From NCBI GenBank assembly GCA_951406725.2, contig OX597828.1, forward strand, positions 69,254,001-69,318,000: a stretch of DNA of 64,000 bases, read 5' to 3'. The DNA is from Octopus vulgaris (Eukaryota). Shown in pieces: positions 44,234-57,439 of the stretch (positions are counted from its first letter, which is position 1; each line of letters starts with the position of its first letter). The position numbers and the translations under genes are program-made. The notes beneath the pieces are model-generated. The model made no database searches. It was given only the letters and a program-made list of their open reading frames with translations, and was not told where the DNA came from.

Positions 44234-45033
44234 CACATATATATATCATATACATATATATATGTATTGTATGTATATATACAAGTATATATATGTGTTG
44301 TATATATATATATGTAAGTATGTATATGTATGTACACACATACCTCATACTTGAAGGGGAGCGATAGAAAGAGTGAGTGAGAGAGTGAAAAAGAGTATAA
44401 CCCAATATATTTATTAAAGTTCATTTGTAAATAAGGGCCTTCAATCCGACATTATTCCGAGTTTCATTCTTTAATCTTCAACACGTCAACTGGTTGGGTT
44501 ATGGTTCTCTATACAACACCACTTAACAACTCTACAAACGTAGTTTCTCTTTGAGCGAGTTGATTGAGAAATTTAAGGTGGTACAATTCGCTCCTTGGCT
44601 ATTACGAATGATTGAGCAGTAAGGGAATGGTGACAAGACTAGCTGACTTTAACGTTGTTAGTATTGAAGACGTCATTATACCTGTACATTTTAAATATTT
44701 CAACCTAGAAAATAAAGATCCGGAACGAATACTGCAAGGCATTTGAACTCAGAACGTCGAGAAAATGAAATACTGCTAAGCATTAACCTGATGTGCTAAC
44801 GATTCTGCTAGCTCGTCACCTTCTATAAGTAATAATTCTTGGTACTATAGTGGGGGATAGTCGATCACATCGATTCCACTACTCAACTAGTACTTAATTT
44901 ATCGACCCTAAAAGGTTGAAAGGCAAAGTCGACCCCGGTAGAATTTGATCTCAGAAACAGAATAGCGACAGACGAAATGCCAAACATGTCTGCCACAATG
45001 TCCAGCACCATCAAATGAGTCAGCTCACCGCCT

Positions 45034-45095
45034 TAATAATAATGATAATAATAATAATAATGATAATAATAATAATAATAATAATGATAATAATA

Positions 45096-45139
<44 letters not shown>

Positions 45140-45914
45140 AATAATAATAATGATAATGATAATAATAATAATGATAATGATAATAATAATAATAATGATA
45201 ATAATAATAATAATGATAATAATAATAATAATGATAATAATAATAATGATAATAATAATGATAATAATAATAATAATGATAAAGATAATAATAATGATAA
45301 TAATGATAATAATAATAATAATGATAATAATAATAATAATGAAAATAATAATAATAATGATAATGATAATAATAATGATAATAATAATAATAATGATAAT
45401 AATAATGATAATGATAATAATGATAATAATAATAATAATGATAATGATAATAATAATAATAATGATAATGATAATAATAATAATAATGATAATGATAATA
45501 ATAATAATGATAATAATAATAATAATGATAATAATAATAATAATGATAATAATAATAATGATAATAACAGTAATAATAGTAATAGTGATGATGATAATAA
45601 TAATAATAATGATAATGATAATAATAATGATAATGATAATAATAATAATAATGATAATAATAATAATGATAATGATAATAATAATAATAATGATAATGAT
45701 TATAATAATGATAATGATAATAATAATAATAATGATAATAATAATAATAATGATAATGATAATAATAATAATAATGATAATGTTAATAATAATGATAATG
45801 ATAATAATAATAATAATGATAATAATAATGATAATGATAATAATAATGATAATAATAATAATAATAATGATAATAATAATAATAATGATAATAATAATAA
45901 TAATGATAATAATA

Positions 45915-45964
<50 letters not shown>

Positions 45965-45995
45965 AATAATAATAATGATAATGATAATAATAATA

Positions 45996-46026
<31 letters not shown>

Positions 46027-46247
46027 TGATAATAATAATAATAATGATAATAATAATAATAATGATAATAATAATAATAATGATAATAATAATGATAATA
46101 ATAATAATAATGATAATGATAATAATAATGATAATAATGATAATAATAATAATAATGATAATAATAATAATAATGAAAATAATAATAATAATGATAATGA
46201 TAATAATAATGATAATAATAATAATAATGATAATAATAATGATAATA

Positions 46248-46295
<48 letters not shown>

Positions 46296-46316
46296 TAGTA
46301 GTAGTAGTAGTAGTAG
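45034..46316. repeat. 1.3-kb (AAT/GAT)n compound microsatellite
   Basis: Seen directly. Source of the spurious 427-aa Ile/Met ORF. Confidence 0.95.
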
Positions 46317-47075
46317 TGTCATGCTGGTTACTTACATTGTCCACAAGGGCCCTCAAGATCTTGAGACCAGTGAGAACGATGACCGAACCGATTATCGCAA
46401 GCTGCAAAGAAATATTTTGAAGAGTAATATGCTTTCTATGAAAGGCACAAGGCCTGAAATGTTGGGGGAGGGAATTGGTCGATTACTCACTGCCTTGTAA
46501 TATCGAAGTGTAATATCAGTATAAACATCTACATGCGTGGTGGTAACTCTCTATGCGCGCTGACACAGCCTGTTAGATATAACAGCCAAATTTTTCTCAA
46601 ACGCTACCATCTTAGCCAAATTCATGGAGTATCTCGGACTGTTCTCACTAGCACACAATAGAATCTCACACCGTCCCTTTGCTTCTTCACTACACGGGTT
46701 GTACACGCGTCTCCAGAGTCACACAGCATAGTATATCTTCGTTACGCACTACATACTTGTCGGACTGACTTCATTGCCAAGTGACACTTCCACACATCAT
46801 GTGATTATTGTCTCAATTCAGTTGCACACAGCTTCTCACCGCCACACACATACATCATGGTCTCCTTACCACAGTCCCACAACACCACACAACCAACGCG
46901 TGTCTACACAACAGGATTCATCCACAATGCCTCTCCATTTCACGTATATGAACTACCTTATAACATGTTACCACTACTACATCGCCCAATAAATGCAGTG
47001 GAGCAAGACAAGAGAGAGAGAAAGGCAGTGAAAGAGGGAAAGAGAAAGGAAAGACGCAAAGAGAAGAACAAAAAA

Positions 47076-47142
<67 letters not shown>

Positions 47143-47194
47143 CAGAGAAAAGAAAGACAAAACAGGTTTGCAATACATATATATATATATGTAT

Positions 47195-47985
47195 ATAAGC
47201 ATTTTCCCTAGGCCATCCATACGACCCTGAGCCTTGAAGTAAGATGTAGTTTTGAGGTCTGAAAAGGCAAGGAAAATAATTTTGGCCTAGTTTAGAGTCC
47301 GGTGGTATGATCAAGCCTACGATTGCGTGGAGGCACATGGCCTAGTGGTTAGAGCAGCGGACTCGCGGTCGAGGGATCGCGGGTTCGAATCTCAGACCGG
47401 GTGATGTGTGTGTTTATGAGCGAAACACCTAAGTTCCACGCGACTCCGGCAGAAGGTAATGGCGAGCTTCTGCTGACTCTTTCGCCACAACTTTCTCTCA
47501 CTCTTTCCTCCTGCATCTTGCAGCTCACCTGCGACGGACCGGCGTCCCGTCCAGGTGAGGAACCTATACGCCAAAGAAACCGGGAAACCGGCCCTTATGA
47601 GCAGGCATGGCTCGAGAAGGAACAAACAAAACAAGCCTACGATTGGAAGCGTGTCATGCATCAGAGCCTTTTGCAGGATTCCAGGAAGAAGGAGTGGCAG
47701 TCATAGGTTTTCTCAGTCGAGGTTGGCAGTAGAGGATTCCCTGCCCGGTCGGTATGGGGGATGCTTACAACCTTTGGAATGAAAAGAAAAGAGCATCGTG
47801 TGAGTAGAATGGCAGAGGCCGCAGAAAGAGCCTTTTGCTGGTTATGGATAAGAGAGAGGAGTTAATGTAGGAGCCAGGAGATTATGAGCTGTGATTTGGC
47901 CACCTCTGCAGACCAACGGAACGGTGTAACGGTCCAAGGGTCAAAATACCCGATGACCGTTGGATACCGTCCGATGATATCAGTT
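47195..47985 (+). mobile_element. Hero-like (R2 group) LINE 3' fragment interrupted by a SINE
   Basis: QSLLQDSRKKEWQS*VFSVEVGSRGFPARSVWGML...AEAAERAFCWLW, a restriction-like endonuclease C-terminus. Confidence 0.7.
47326..47631 (+). mobile_element. Young tRNA-derived SINE (third family) with perfect 14-bp TSD
   Basis: A-box TGGCCTAGTGG, B-box GGTTCGAATCT and (CAAA)n tail. TSD CAAGCCTACGATTG at 47312-47325 and 47632-47645. Confidence 0.9.
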
Positions 47986-48239
47986 CTATTCACTTTGGTG
48001 AGTGGAAGAGAAGCAATTTCTAGGTAGGATACATAACAGACTCACAGACACACAATCACACACACTCACGCACACACACACACAAATACACATTCATGCA
48101 CACGCACACACGAACACACATACACAGATATATAAAAAGAATGAGAGAGTGAGAGAAAGAGAGAGAAAGGAAGAGAGTGAAAGGGTGAGAGAAAGAAAGA
48201 GAGAGAGAGAGAACGAGAGAGTACTACAAGTATACTTAC

Positions 48240-48395
48240 TAAAAAACAAGAGACCAGTGTCGCGATGAAGAGCCAATGGGAGTAGATGTAGGAAAATATG
48301 AACGTAAACAAACCAACGAGGGCCGTGGTCAATCCCGAGAAGATTATGAATTTGTAAGGAAAATCTTTGCAAGCTGCTGCAGCCTGGAAAGAAAT
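48240..48395 (-). CDS. Microexon membrane-protein locus: 156-nt (or 144-nt) two-TM exon
   Basis: ctattgcag | ISFQAAAACKDFPYKFIIFSGLTTALVGLFTFIFSYIYSHWLFIATLVSCFL | GTAAGT. An alternative in-frame acceptor tttctttccag lies 12 nt inside. Phase 0-0. Confidence 0.7.
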
Positions 48396-48702
48396 CTGCA
48401 ATAGCACAAAAGACATTGAATAAGTATACATACATACATATATACATACATACATACATACATACATACATACATACATACATACATACATACATACATA
48501 CATACATACATTATATATATTATATTAAATTAGAGATAAAACCACTATTAGGCAAATCAAACGAGGAAAAACATAAGCCAATACATAAAATTAATTAATT
48601 TATATTATTTTAAATATATATCAAAAGTATAAAAAGTTTAATAAAAGATAAAGAGTAAAACACTACGATCGTTTCATGGCTGTACAATTCGTAATAATTC
48701 GA

Positions 48703-48738
<36 letters not shown>

Positions 48739-48967
48739 GGGCACGGGCACACACACATATATTTCGGGTTGCGGGAGCAACAGTTTCCTCGAAGGCACAT
48801 CTTGTCGTAATTGCTCGAAATGTGGAGTAGATGAACAGCCGACAACTGATGAAGGGTCGTTCTTTATGTTACTTGTCTTGTTTTCCATTTGTTTCTTTCG
48901 TTGTTTACAAAAAAAGTCCGTATTCCATGTTTTCGTATTTCGTATTTCATGTTATTTACGCTTTATA

Positions 48968-49005
<38 letters not shown>

Positions 49006-49130
49006 CATATATGCATATATATATATGTACCCATATATGCATATATATATATACGTACCCATATATGCATATATATATATATATACACACATATATATGT
49101 AAGTATGTTCATATATGTATGTATATATGC

Positions 49131-49192
<62 letters not shown>

Positions 49193-49224
49193 AAAGAGAG
49201 AGAGAGATACATATATATATATAC

Positions 49225-49265
<41 letters not shown>

Positions 49266-49329
49266 TTATTTATATTATTATATGATTGAATGTCACGCAT
49301 CCATTTCCAAGTAAGTTTATCTGTCTACC

Positions 49330-49417
<88 letters not shown>

Positions 49418-49501
49418 TGTGTGTGTGCGCGCGCGCGTGTGTGTGTGTGTGTACGTACTGCATTTAGTAGGTAGGGATAGTAAGATTAGTTAAATACGTA
49501 C

Positions 49502-49609
49502 GGTCGTCTCCCGATATCTGTTGACGATATATATAAGGTAAATTGAGACGAGGACACCAATGAAAAGGGATATCGCTGATACGAGGCTCAAAATAAAATG
49601 GTCATCAAT
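49502..49609 (-). CDS. Microexon membrane-protein locus: 108-nt transmembrane exon (copy 1)
   Basis: cttatttttacag | IDDHFILSLVSAISLFIGVLVSIYLIYIVNRYRETT | GTACGT, phase 0-0. Confidence 0.75.
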
Positions 49610-49997
49610 CTGTAAAAATAAGACAGATAAAACGATAAAATAATATTGATCTGATGGAACAGGGAGAGTCGAATGATAATGTATACATAGACTTATATAG
49701 CCTAGACTGTTGATAGTTAAGTACCTTAATTATAAACGCCTCATAGCATATGATACGACATTGGAACACCAGGTTTAAGGACTGGACATCGATATTTGGA
49801 ATGAGAGGTTTTCTAATACTATTCACTAGTTTTTATAATACTTCAGAATGATCTCCCTTTACATGAGAATAATCTTGTTCGTTAACTGATAATTCCTGCC
49901 TCTTCAGGTTTCTATCTCTTTGAATAATATTGATTTTAAAGGTATTGATACGCTAACAATAAATAAATAGATAAATCTGTCTATCTATCTATCTATC

Positions 49998-50166
49998 TCC
50001 CCCCCCCCTTTTTTTTAACCCCCCCTCCCTTTTTTGTCCTTTTTCTTTCCTTTTACGATCCCTTTTGATCGAAAACCACCACTCTCTTTTTTTACCCCCA
50101 AAAGAAAAGCTCTACCTTGTAATTTGTTCTATCTGTGTGCAGCCCTGTGTGGCTAATAAAGAAACA

Positions 50167-50167
<1 letters not shown>
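49998..50167 (+). mobile_element. Probable Tx1-like LINE 3' UTR fragment inside (TCTA)n
   Basis: Ends ...cagccctgtgtggctaataaagaaa, similar to the Tx1 end at 5101. TCTA repeats on both sides. Confidence 0.5.
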
Positions 50168-50204
<37 letters not shown>

Positions 50205-50332
50205 CCTATCGGTCTGTCCGTCTGTCTATTTGTCTGTATATCTATGTATCTGCCTGTCTGTTTGCTCGTCTATGTATGTATGTATGTATGTATGTATGTA
50301 TGTATGTATGTATGTATGTATGTATGTCTGTA

Positions 50333-50365
<33 letters not shown>

Positions 50366-50474
50366 GTATGTATGCATGCAAGCAGTCACCCGTCTATTTC
50401 CCTACATCTATGAGAGAAATATCAACATTTATTCTTTGTTATTCGAGAAGTATTGACGGAAAGTTTATACTTAC

Positions 50475-50486
50475 ACTAACATAAAG
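50475..50486 (-). CDS. 12-nt microexon (LYVS)
   Basis: ttttctcgtttcag | CTTTATGTTAGT | GTAAGTATAAACT. Confidence 0.7.
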
Positions 50487-50531
50487 CTGAAACGAGAAAA
50501 TAGCAAAGGAAAAATTAATATACTTTCAAAT

Positions 50532-50587
<56 letters not shown>

Positions 50588-51545
50588 AATACACACATAC
50601 ATACACACATACATACGCACACACGTGTATTTATGTTTGTTTATATATATATACACATAAATGTACGTAGGTAGGTAGGTAGGTAGGTATGTATGTGTGT
50701 GTGTGTGTTTGACTGAAAAGCACCAAAGCATGAAATATATAGTTGAAAATTTAATTATGTTGAACATGTGTTTCATTAGTATAAACATCGTTAATTTTAT
50801 AATTACGTAATTATGATGCAAGATTAATTTAAATCAATCTATAATAACTTAACTTAAAAGTTATGCTTAGATAAATCTCAGGGAATATGTTATATGCAAT
50901 GAAAAATGCATTGAATTTTAGCGGCCTGGTGCTAATAAAGCCTCTCATTACTGTGGCTATATTTTTTGCTGCTTACACTCAATTCTCTTTATATAAAGGC
51001 TTCAGGTGGAATCTCTAGAAAATTGTACTCATTATGCATGAAACCATTGGTAGCATTCTAATTTTACCAACAGCAAATATATTTATCCGCCAAATCAGAC
51101 TCCATTGTGTTGTGGCACGGTTTTTACAGCTAGATTCCCTTCCTAATGCCAAATACTTTACAGAGTGCCTTCTATGTGGCACCAGCGCTGATAACTGTGG
51201 TTGTGAAATGGGGTCTCCCAGAACCTTCTGTTCCGCTAGAGGTCGCATGCAGCAGCGATACCTATATCAACTATGTGAACATGTAGGATTGATTGATTAC
51301 TGTTTTGCTGTCTACATTCATTTTGAATACTCACATGTGAGTATACGTGTGAGTACACTATGAACACGCACGTGTGAGTACAAAAAATTATTATTTGGTA
51401 GCTTTTTCTCAAAATTAAATGCTGTACGAAATATCCCCTTTTTTATGAATGTTTAATCATTTTTTTCCCCTCTATTAATTATTGGCGATTACGTGCTGAG
51501 AATTCTTTATTATAGCAGAATTGTTAACAAATTGTTTGTACTTAC

Positions 51546-51557
51546 GGCAGCCTTAAC
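51546..51557 (-). CDS. 12-nt microexon (VKAA)
   Basis: atttctcatttcag | GTTAAGGCTGCC | GTAAGTACAAAC. Confidence 0.7.
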
Positions 51558-51674
51558 CTGAAATGAGAAATATGTGAAATTAATAATTCAAAGAATCAAA
51601 ATCATGTTGAAAACGTTCATATTTAAAATGTCAACTGGTACAGAAGCACAGAGACAACATACATACAGATATAA

Positions 51675-52244
51675 TTTCTACTGTAGGCACAAGGCCTGAA
51701 ATATTGGGGGAGGGCGGCCAATCGATTAAATCGATCCCAGTACGCAACTGGTACTTAATTTATCGACCCTGAAAGGATGAAAGGCAAAGTCAACCTCGGT
51801 GGAATTTGAACTCAGAACGTAAAGGCAGACGAAATACCTATTTCTTTACTACCCACAAGGAGCTAAACACAGAAGGACAGACAAACGGATTAAGTCGGTT
51901 ATATCGACCCCACTGCGTAACTAGTACTTATTTAATCAACCCGAAAGGATGAAAGGCAAAGTCGACCTCGGCGGAATTTGAACTCAGAACATAGCGGCAG
52001 CGAAATACCTATTTCTTTACTACCTACAATCGGCTAAACACAGAGATAGGACAAACAAAGACAGACAAACGGATTAAGTCGATTATATGGACCCCAGTGC
52101 GTAACTGGTACTTATTTAATCGACCCCGAAAGGATGAAAAGCAAAGTCGACCTCGGCGGAATTTGAACTCAGAACGTAGCGGCAGACGAAATACCGCTAA
52201 GCATTTCGTCCGGCGAGCTAACGTTTCTGCCAGCTCGACGCCTT
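51675..52244 (-). mobile_element. Trimeric SINE (head-body-tailA-body-tailA-body-tailB)
   Basis: Three bodies, with both internal junctions reading taaagaaata-GGTATTTCG on the minus strand. Confidence 0.85.
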
Positions 52245-52459
52245 ACATACATACAGATGTAGCACATAAAACACACAGGTACATATACATATATACATAC
52301 ATGGACACACATGCTTACACATACACACACGTACATATATATCATGCATATATACATCCGCCATATGTGTGTACATATATGTGGGTCTATGTGTGTATGT
52401 ATGTATGTATGTATGTGTGTACATACCTACATACGTATGTACCTATGTACTTCTTTTTC

Positions 52460-52700
52460 TCTTTTTAATTGAGAGTATTTTGACCGGTCACTCACTGACT
52501 TGGTAGTAAGGTTGTGAAGGAAAGTCTCATCCTTTAAATCTTTGTAAAGCTTGTACATTTTTATAGTCCTCAATATCATGATCCTCTGTAGTGTATGAAT
52601 TAAGGATTTGCATGCTCTCCCCAAGATCCCAAGTTCAGCCATGCTTTGCTCCAGACAGGTCGGTATGTATCCTGTTGCTCCAATAATTATAGGTATGAAT
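52460..52700 (-). mobile_element. R4-like LINE 3' fragment
   Basis: PIIIGATGYIPTCLEQSMAELG...LQRIMILRTIKMYK endonuclease-type C-terminus. Confidence 0.55.
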
Positions 52701-53430
52701 GGCCCTGTATTTTCCTAACTACACTGGTGTCCAGAGAGCAGCTGATTAATTTATTTATTTTGTATGTAGGTTTGTATGTATAATATAAGTGGAACAAACA
52801 GGAGAGACATTATTCATTACATTAGTTTACATAAATTTCTAATGAGCAAGATGGAGCCAAACATTAACGTCCGGTGAAATAGGCTTGATAATTGTTAAGA
52901 GACGTACTTCTCTGAACATGAAACCATCAGTAACCTAGTAAATTAACAAATAAAAAGTATTTATGTACGTACCTACATCTACATGTATATATACATGCAT
53001 ATATAAGTATATATACGTGTGTACAGGACACCACAAATAGACGTAGAACTCAACGAGAAACGAAAACGTAAAAACGAAAACGTAAAACTCAACGAGAAAC
53101 GAAAACGTAAAAACAGCATGGAACGGACCATTTTTTTAACAACGAAAAAAACAGAGTACAAGACAATTACACAAAGAAAAATCCCCTTCATCAGCTGTCC
53201 CTAGTTCAACTCCAGCGTGTTTCGAAGGTGAGGACAGAACACGTCTCGTCGAACTAATCCTTCCTGCGAAAGAATTAACTAAAATTCCTTTGCAGAGGGG
53301 TAAAAACAAGGAAAAAAATGTGACAAAAACAGGACGTAAAAACAATACAATTAAAAACAAATAAAAATAAAAATACAATTACAAAAAATACAGTACAAGA
53401 AGGAATAGAAACAGGACAGGAAAAATATAT

Positions 53431-53501
<71 letters not shown>

Positions 53502-53660
53502 TATACGACAGGCTTCTTTCAGTTTCCGTCTACCAAATCCACTCACAAGGCTTGGGACGTAACTCATTCTGAATAAGTAACAAAGAATACTGACTTTCGC
53601 AATTGTCTGTCACGTTTTAATCGTAATTTTCGAGATTATTAATAAAGATTTTATAATTAC

Positions 53661-53672
53661 CTCATCGTTAAC
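53661..53672 (-). CDS. 12-nt microexon (VNDE)
   Basis: ttattgccatttcag | GTTAACGATGAG | GTAATT. Confidence 0.7.
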
Positions 53673-53824
53673 CTGAAATGGCAATAAATAAATAAATAAA
53701 TATATGAATAAAAAATAAAATGAAATAAATAAATATATTAAAATAAATGATTTAACAATCAATATATTTGTTTAATATGTTCTCAGTTGTAAGTATACAC
53801 AAATGCAGAGCCACAGAGATACAA

Positions 53825-53825
<1 letters not shown>

Positions 53826-53859
<34 letters not shown>

Positions 53860-54436
53860 CAAACACGCACACACACACACACTAACAAACACGCACACAG
53901 ACGAACACACACACACACACACACACACTAACAAACACGCACACAGACAAACACACACACACACACTAACAAACATGCACATAGACGAACACACACACAC
54001 ACACACTAACAAACACGCACACAGACGAACACACACACACACACACACTAACAAACACGCACACAGACGAACACACACACACACACACTAACAAACACGC
54101 ACACAGACGAACACACACACACACACACACTAACAAACATGCACATAGACGAACACACACACACACACTAACAAACACGCACACAGACGAAACACACACA
54201 CACACACACACTAACAAACACGCACACAGACGAACACACACACACACACACACTAACAAACACGCACACAGACGAACGCACACACACACACACTAACAAA
54301 CACGCACACAGACGAACACACACACACACACACTAACAAACATGCACATAGACGAACACACACACACACACACACACACTAACAAACACGCACACAGACG
54401 AACACACACACACACACACTAACAAACACGCACACA

Positions 54437-54472
<36 letters not shown>

Positions 54473-54610
54473 CAAACACGCACACAGACGAACACACACA
54501 CACACACTAACAAACACGCACACAGACGAACACACACACACACACACTAACAAACATGCACATAGACGAACACACACACACACACACACACTAACAAACA
54601 CGCACACAGA

Positions 54611-54650
<40 letters not shown>

Positions 54651-54708
54651 CACAAACACGCACACAGACGAACACACACACACACACTAACAAACACGCA
54701 CACAGACG

Positions 54709-54742
<34 letters not shown>

Positions 54743-54808
54743 CAAACACGCACACAGACGAACACACACACACACACACACACACACTAACAAACACGCA
54801 AACAAACG

Positions 54809-54842
<34 letters not shown>

Positions 54843-54882
54843 CAAACACGCACACAAACGAACACACACACACACACACACA
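53826..54882. repeat. Minisatellite CTAACAAACACGCACACAGACGAA(CA)n
   Basis: More than 20 units of ~38-48 bp with a variable CA tract. Confidence 0.95.
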
Positions 54883-54943
54883 AAAGAAGGCGTGAATAAG
54901 CAATATAAAACCCCAAAAGAAAAGTTCAGTTGTCACTAATTGC

Positions 54944-54980
<37 letters not shown>

Positions 54981-55263
54981 AGAGTTTGACATTAAACTGG
55001 AGGATGTCTCAGTGCTATTTAGTATCCAGCCTGTTCTCCTTCAGCAAACAGTCTGATGGAGGAAAGCAAACGGCAACTTTGAAGACTCATTTTGTCTTAT
55101 TCAAAGAATTCTATTTCTCCGAATAAGTGAAATAGACGGTCGGTGTCAAGGGAGGTAATTCTCATGAGCTTAACAATTCATTACGTACGAGTTACGTCTC
55201 ATTACACCTATTGCTCGGTCATCCCTTGACACGTATTATTATTACTATTATTATTATTGATAA

Positions 55264-55660
55264 CTAGCAGTATCGCCCGGCGTTGTTCGGATTTGTAAGG
55301 GAAATAACTATATAAGCATTTTTAGAGAGTTATAGCCAAAATTAGCAAAAAAATGCATTAAAAATGGAAAAAAAATTATGGTAAATTTTTTTTTTAAATC
55401 GTTGACTCATCGTAGACATTTTTAGAGAGTTACTTCCCTTATATAATAGCGAAAAAATGCATTAAAATGGAAAAAGATGATGGTAATTTTTTTTTAAATC
55501 ATAGACTCATCGTAGACGCGCGCTAATACCCAGACGGGCTCGATATGAATCACGACTATAAGATACCCTGTTTTGGTTAAACTGCACCGCAAAATGTGGG
55601 AGTAGTTAGGAATCTAAATCGTAGGAGACAGACACACAACTTGACTTTTATATATAAAGA
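55264..55660 (-). mobile_element. Non-autonomous Helitron-like element (second copy)
   Basis: Reverse complement of 22311-22709, with the same TC...CTAG ends between A and T. Confidence 0.8.
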
Positions 55661-55700
55661 TTAAGTATTACAGAAATGTTGGCGAAGAGTTTATACTCAC

Positions 55701-55712
55701 GACATCGTTAAA
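55701..55712 (-). CDS. 12-nt microexon (FNDV)
   Basis: atttctcatttcag | TTTAACGATGTC | GTGAGTATAAACT. Confidence 0.7.
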
Positions 55713-56039
55713 CTGAAATGAGAAATAATGAAATATACTTAAAAAAGAGGAAATTATTAATTATATACATAAATAAAATGAATATATTTTACAATCAATA
55801 CAATTTTTGATACCTGCAAATGCATACACGCACGCACACACATACACATAATTAAGTATTACATATGGCCTAATTCCTAGGATGTTCCAGTCGCGATAGC
55901 AAGGACATAATTTCGATTCCCCGAACCGGGCCGCATGTTGTGTTCTTGAGCAATACCCTTCATGTCAATAATGTCACATGTTACCACATTTGTTTGCAAG
56001 TAGGTAACCCTCTGTTTTAAATTTTCCGGGTTCATAGGA

Positions 56040-56350
56040 TTATGCTCAAGGTGGCTTCGTCATTCATACGTGCCATCTTTGCTACATTCACCCATCTTTT
56101 TTTTGAAACATTTGCTAGACAAAACTTGCCTCTCTACTCTCACTTTCCTTTTCAAGTGATACTTGAAGAACTTGATGAGAGATTGACCAGAGAGGAAAGT
56201 GTTTGTCTCCAATCCTTTCAGACGCGTCCACCAGATACATTCTTTCACCATAGCCACAAGAATGATGAAAATAGCTCTTCCTTCCCATTTGAAGGAAGGA
56301 GGCGTGACAATATTGACGATAGACTCAGCTGATAAACCGACTCGTTCAGA
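56040..56350 (-). mobile_element. Tx1-like LINE ORF2 C-terminal fragment
   Basis: [50 protein letters not shown], homologous to the decayed sequence at ~5380-5640. Confidence 0.7.
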
Positions 56351-56471
56351 TACATACACACATACATACATACATACATACATACATACATACATACATA
56401 CATAGCTAGATTGATGGATAGATAGATAGATAGGTAGATAGATAGAGAAACAGGCAGACAGACAGACAGAC

Positions 56472-56643
<172 letters not shown>

Positions 56644-56720
56644 GGATAGATACATACATGCCTACATATATACATACTTACATAAATACATACATACATA
56701 CATACATAGCTAGATTGATG

Positions 56721-56811
<91 letters not shown>

Positions 56812-57439
56812 GAGTTAGTGTTAAGTGTTAAACAGTTGATTGCGATTAGAAAAAAACAGTCATCGATTAATAATAATTTGATCGTCTCCTTGAGGTCACT
56901 CTACAACCACTGCTGCAGGATCCCCTTCTCGCAACTCGATTCTTTCATTGAATATCTCACACCTGTGACTCTCACTCTAATAACATCTATGCTGTATCCA
57001 GCCGCTCCCCGCCCCCACCTAATATTTTCAGCCAACCCCAGCTTGTACAATACAACCAGTCCTTTTTTCTCCGCAAAGAATCCCACGTTTCTCAGAACAT
57101 CAACCATGTTGATCTCACTGGTCCTGAAATATACGCAAAAACTGTAGACATAACTCCTAATTTAGGCCATTTTAATGAAAATAAATTAAGAAAATCTCCA
57201 GAAGATAACTTCGAACATGTTTCGGTTTTATAAAATCTCTTCAGCTAAACGACCATAGTAGTGATGGGAGAATCACTGATACTGTACTCTCAGCCCCCTT
57301 CTTTTTTTGCATAACCTCTTAAATATTTCTAATTAACTCGTTGATACTCCCTTTATTAAATATGTTTATACTAAATTACCTCTAGTTGATTTTTTTTTTT
57401 TAATACTGATTCCGAAGGAGGTGGTGGGGTCTGCGTCCA

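Noticed and set aside
44640-44704. Minus-strand exon after a strong ttattttctag acceptor
   Set aside because: The best donor gives 23 nt (frame-breaking) and read-through hits a stop.
45015-46407. 427-aa Ile/Met ORF and other long low-complexity ORFs (IY, CV, LSIY, HT repeats)
   Set aside because: These are translations of microsatellites that lack stop codons in some frames.
47330-47402. tRNA gene
   Set aside because: It is the head of a SINE with body, tail and TSD, and the acceptor stem does not pair.
53826-54882. Repeat-spacer-like array resembling CRISPR
   Set aside because: The spacers are only variable (CA)n tracts, the context is eukaryotic and there are no cas genes.
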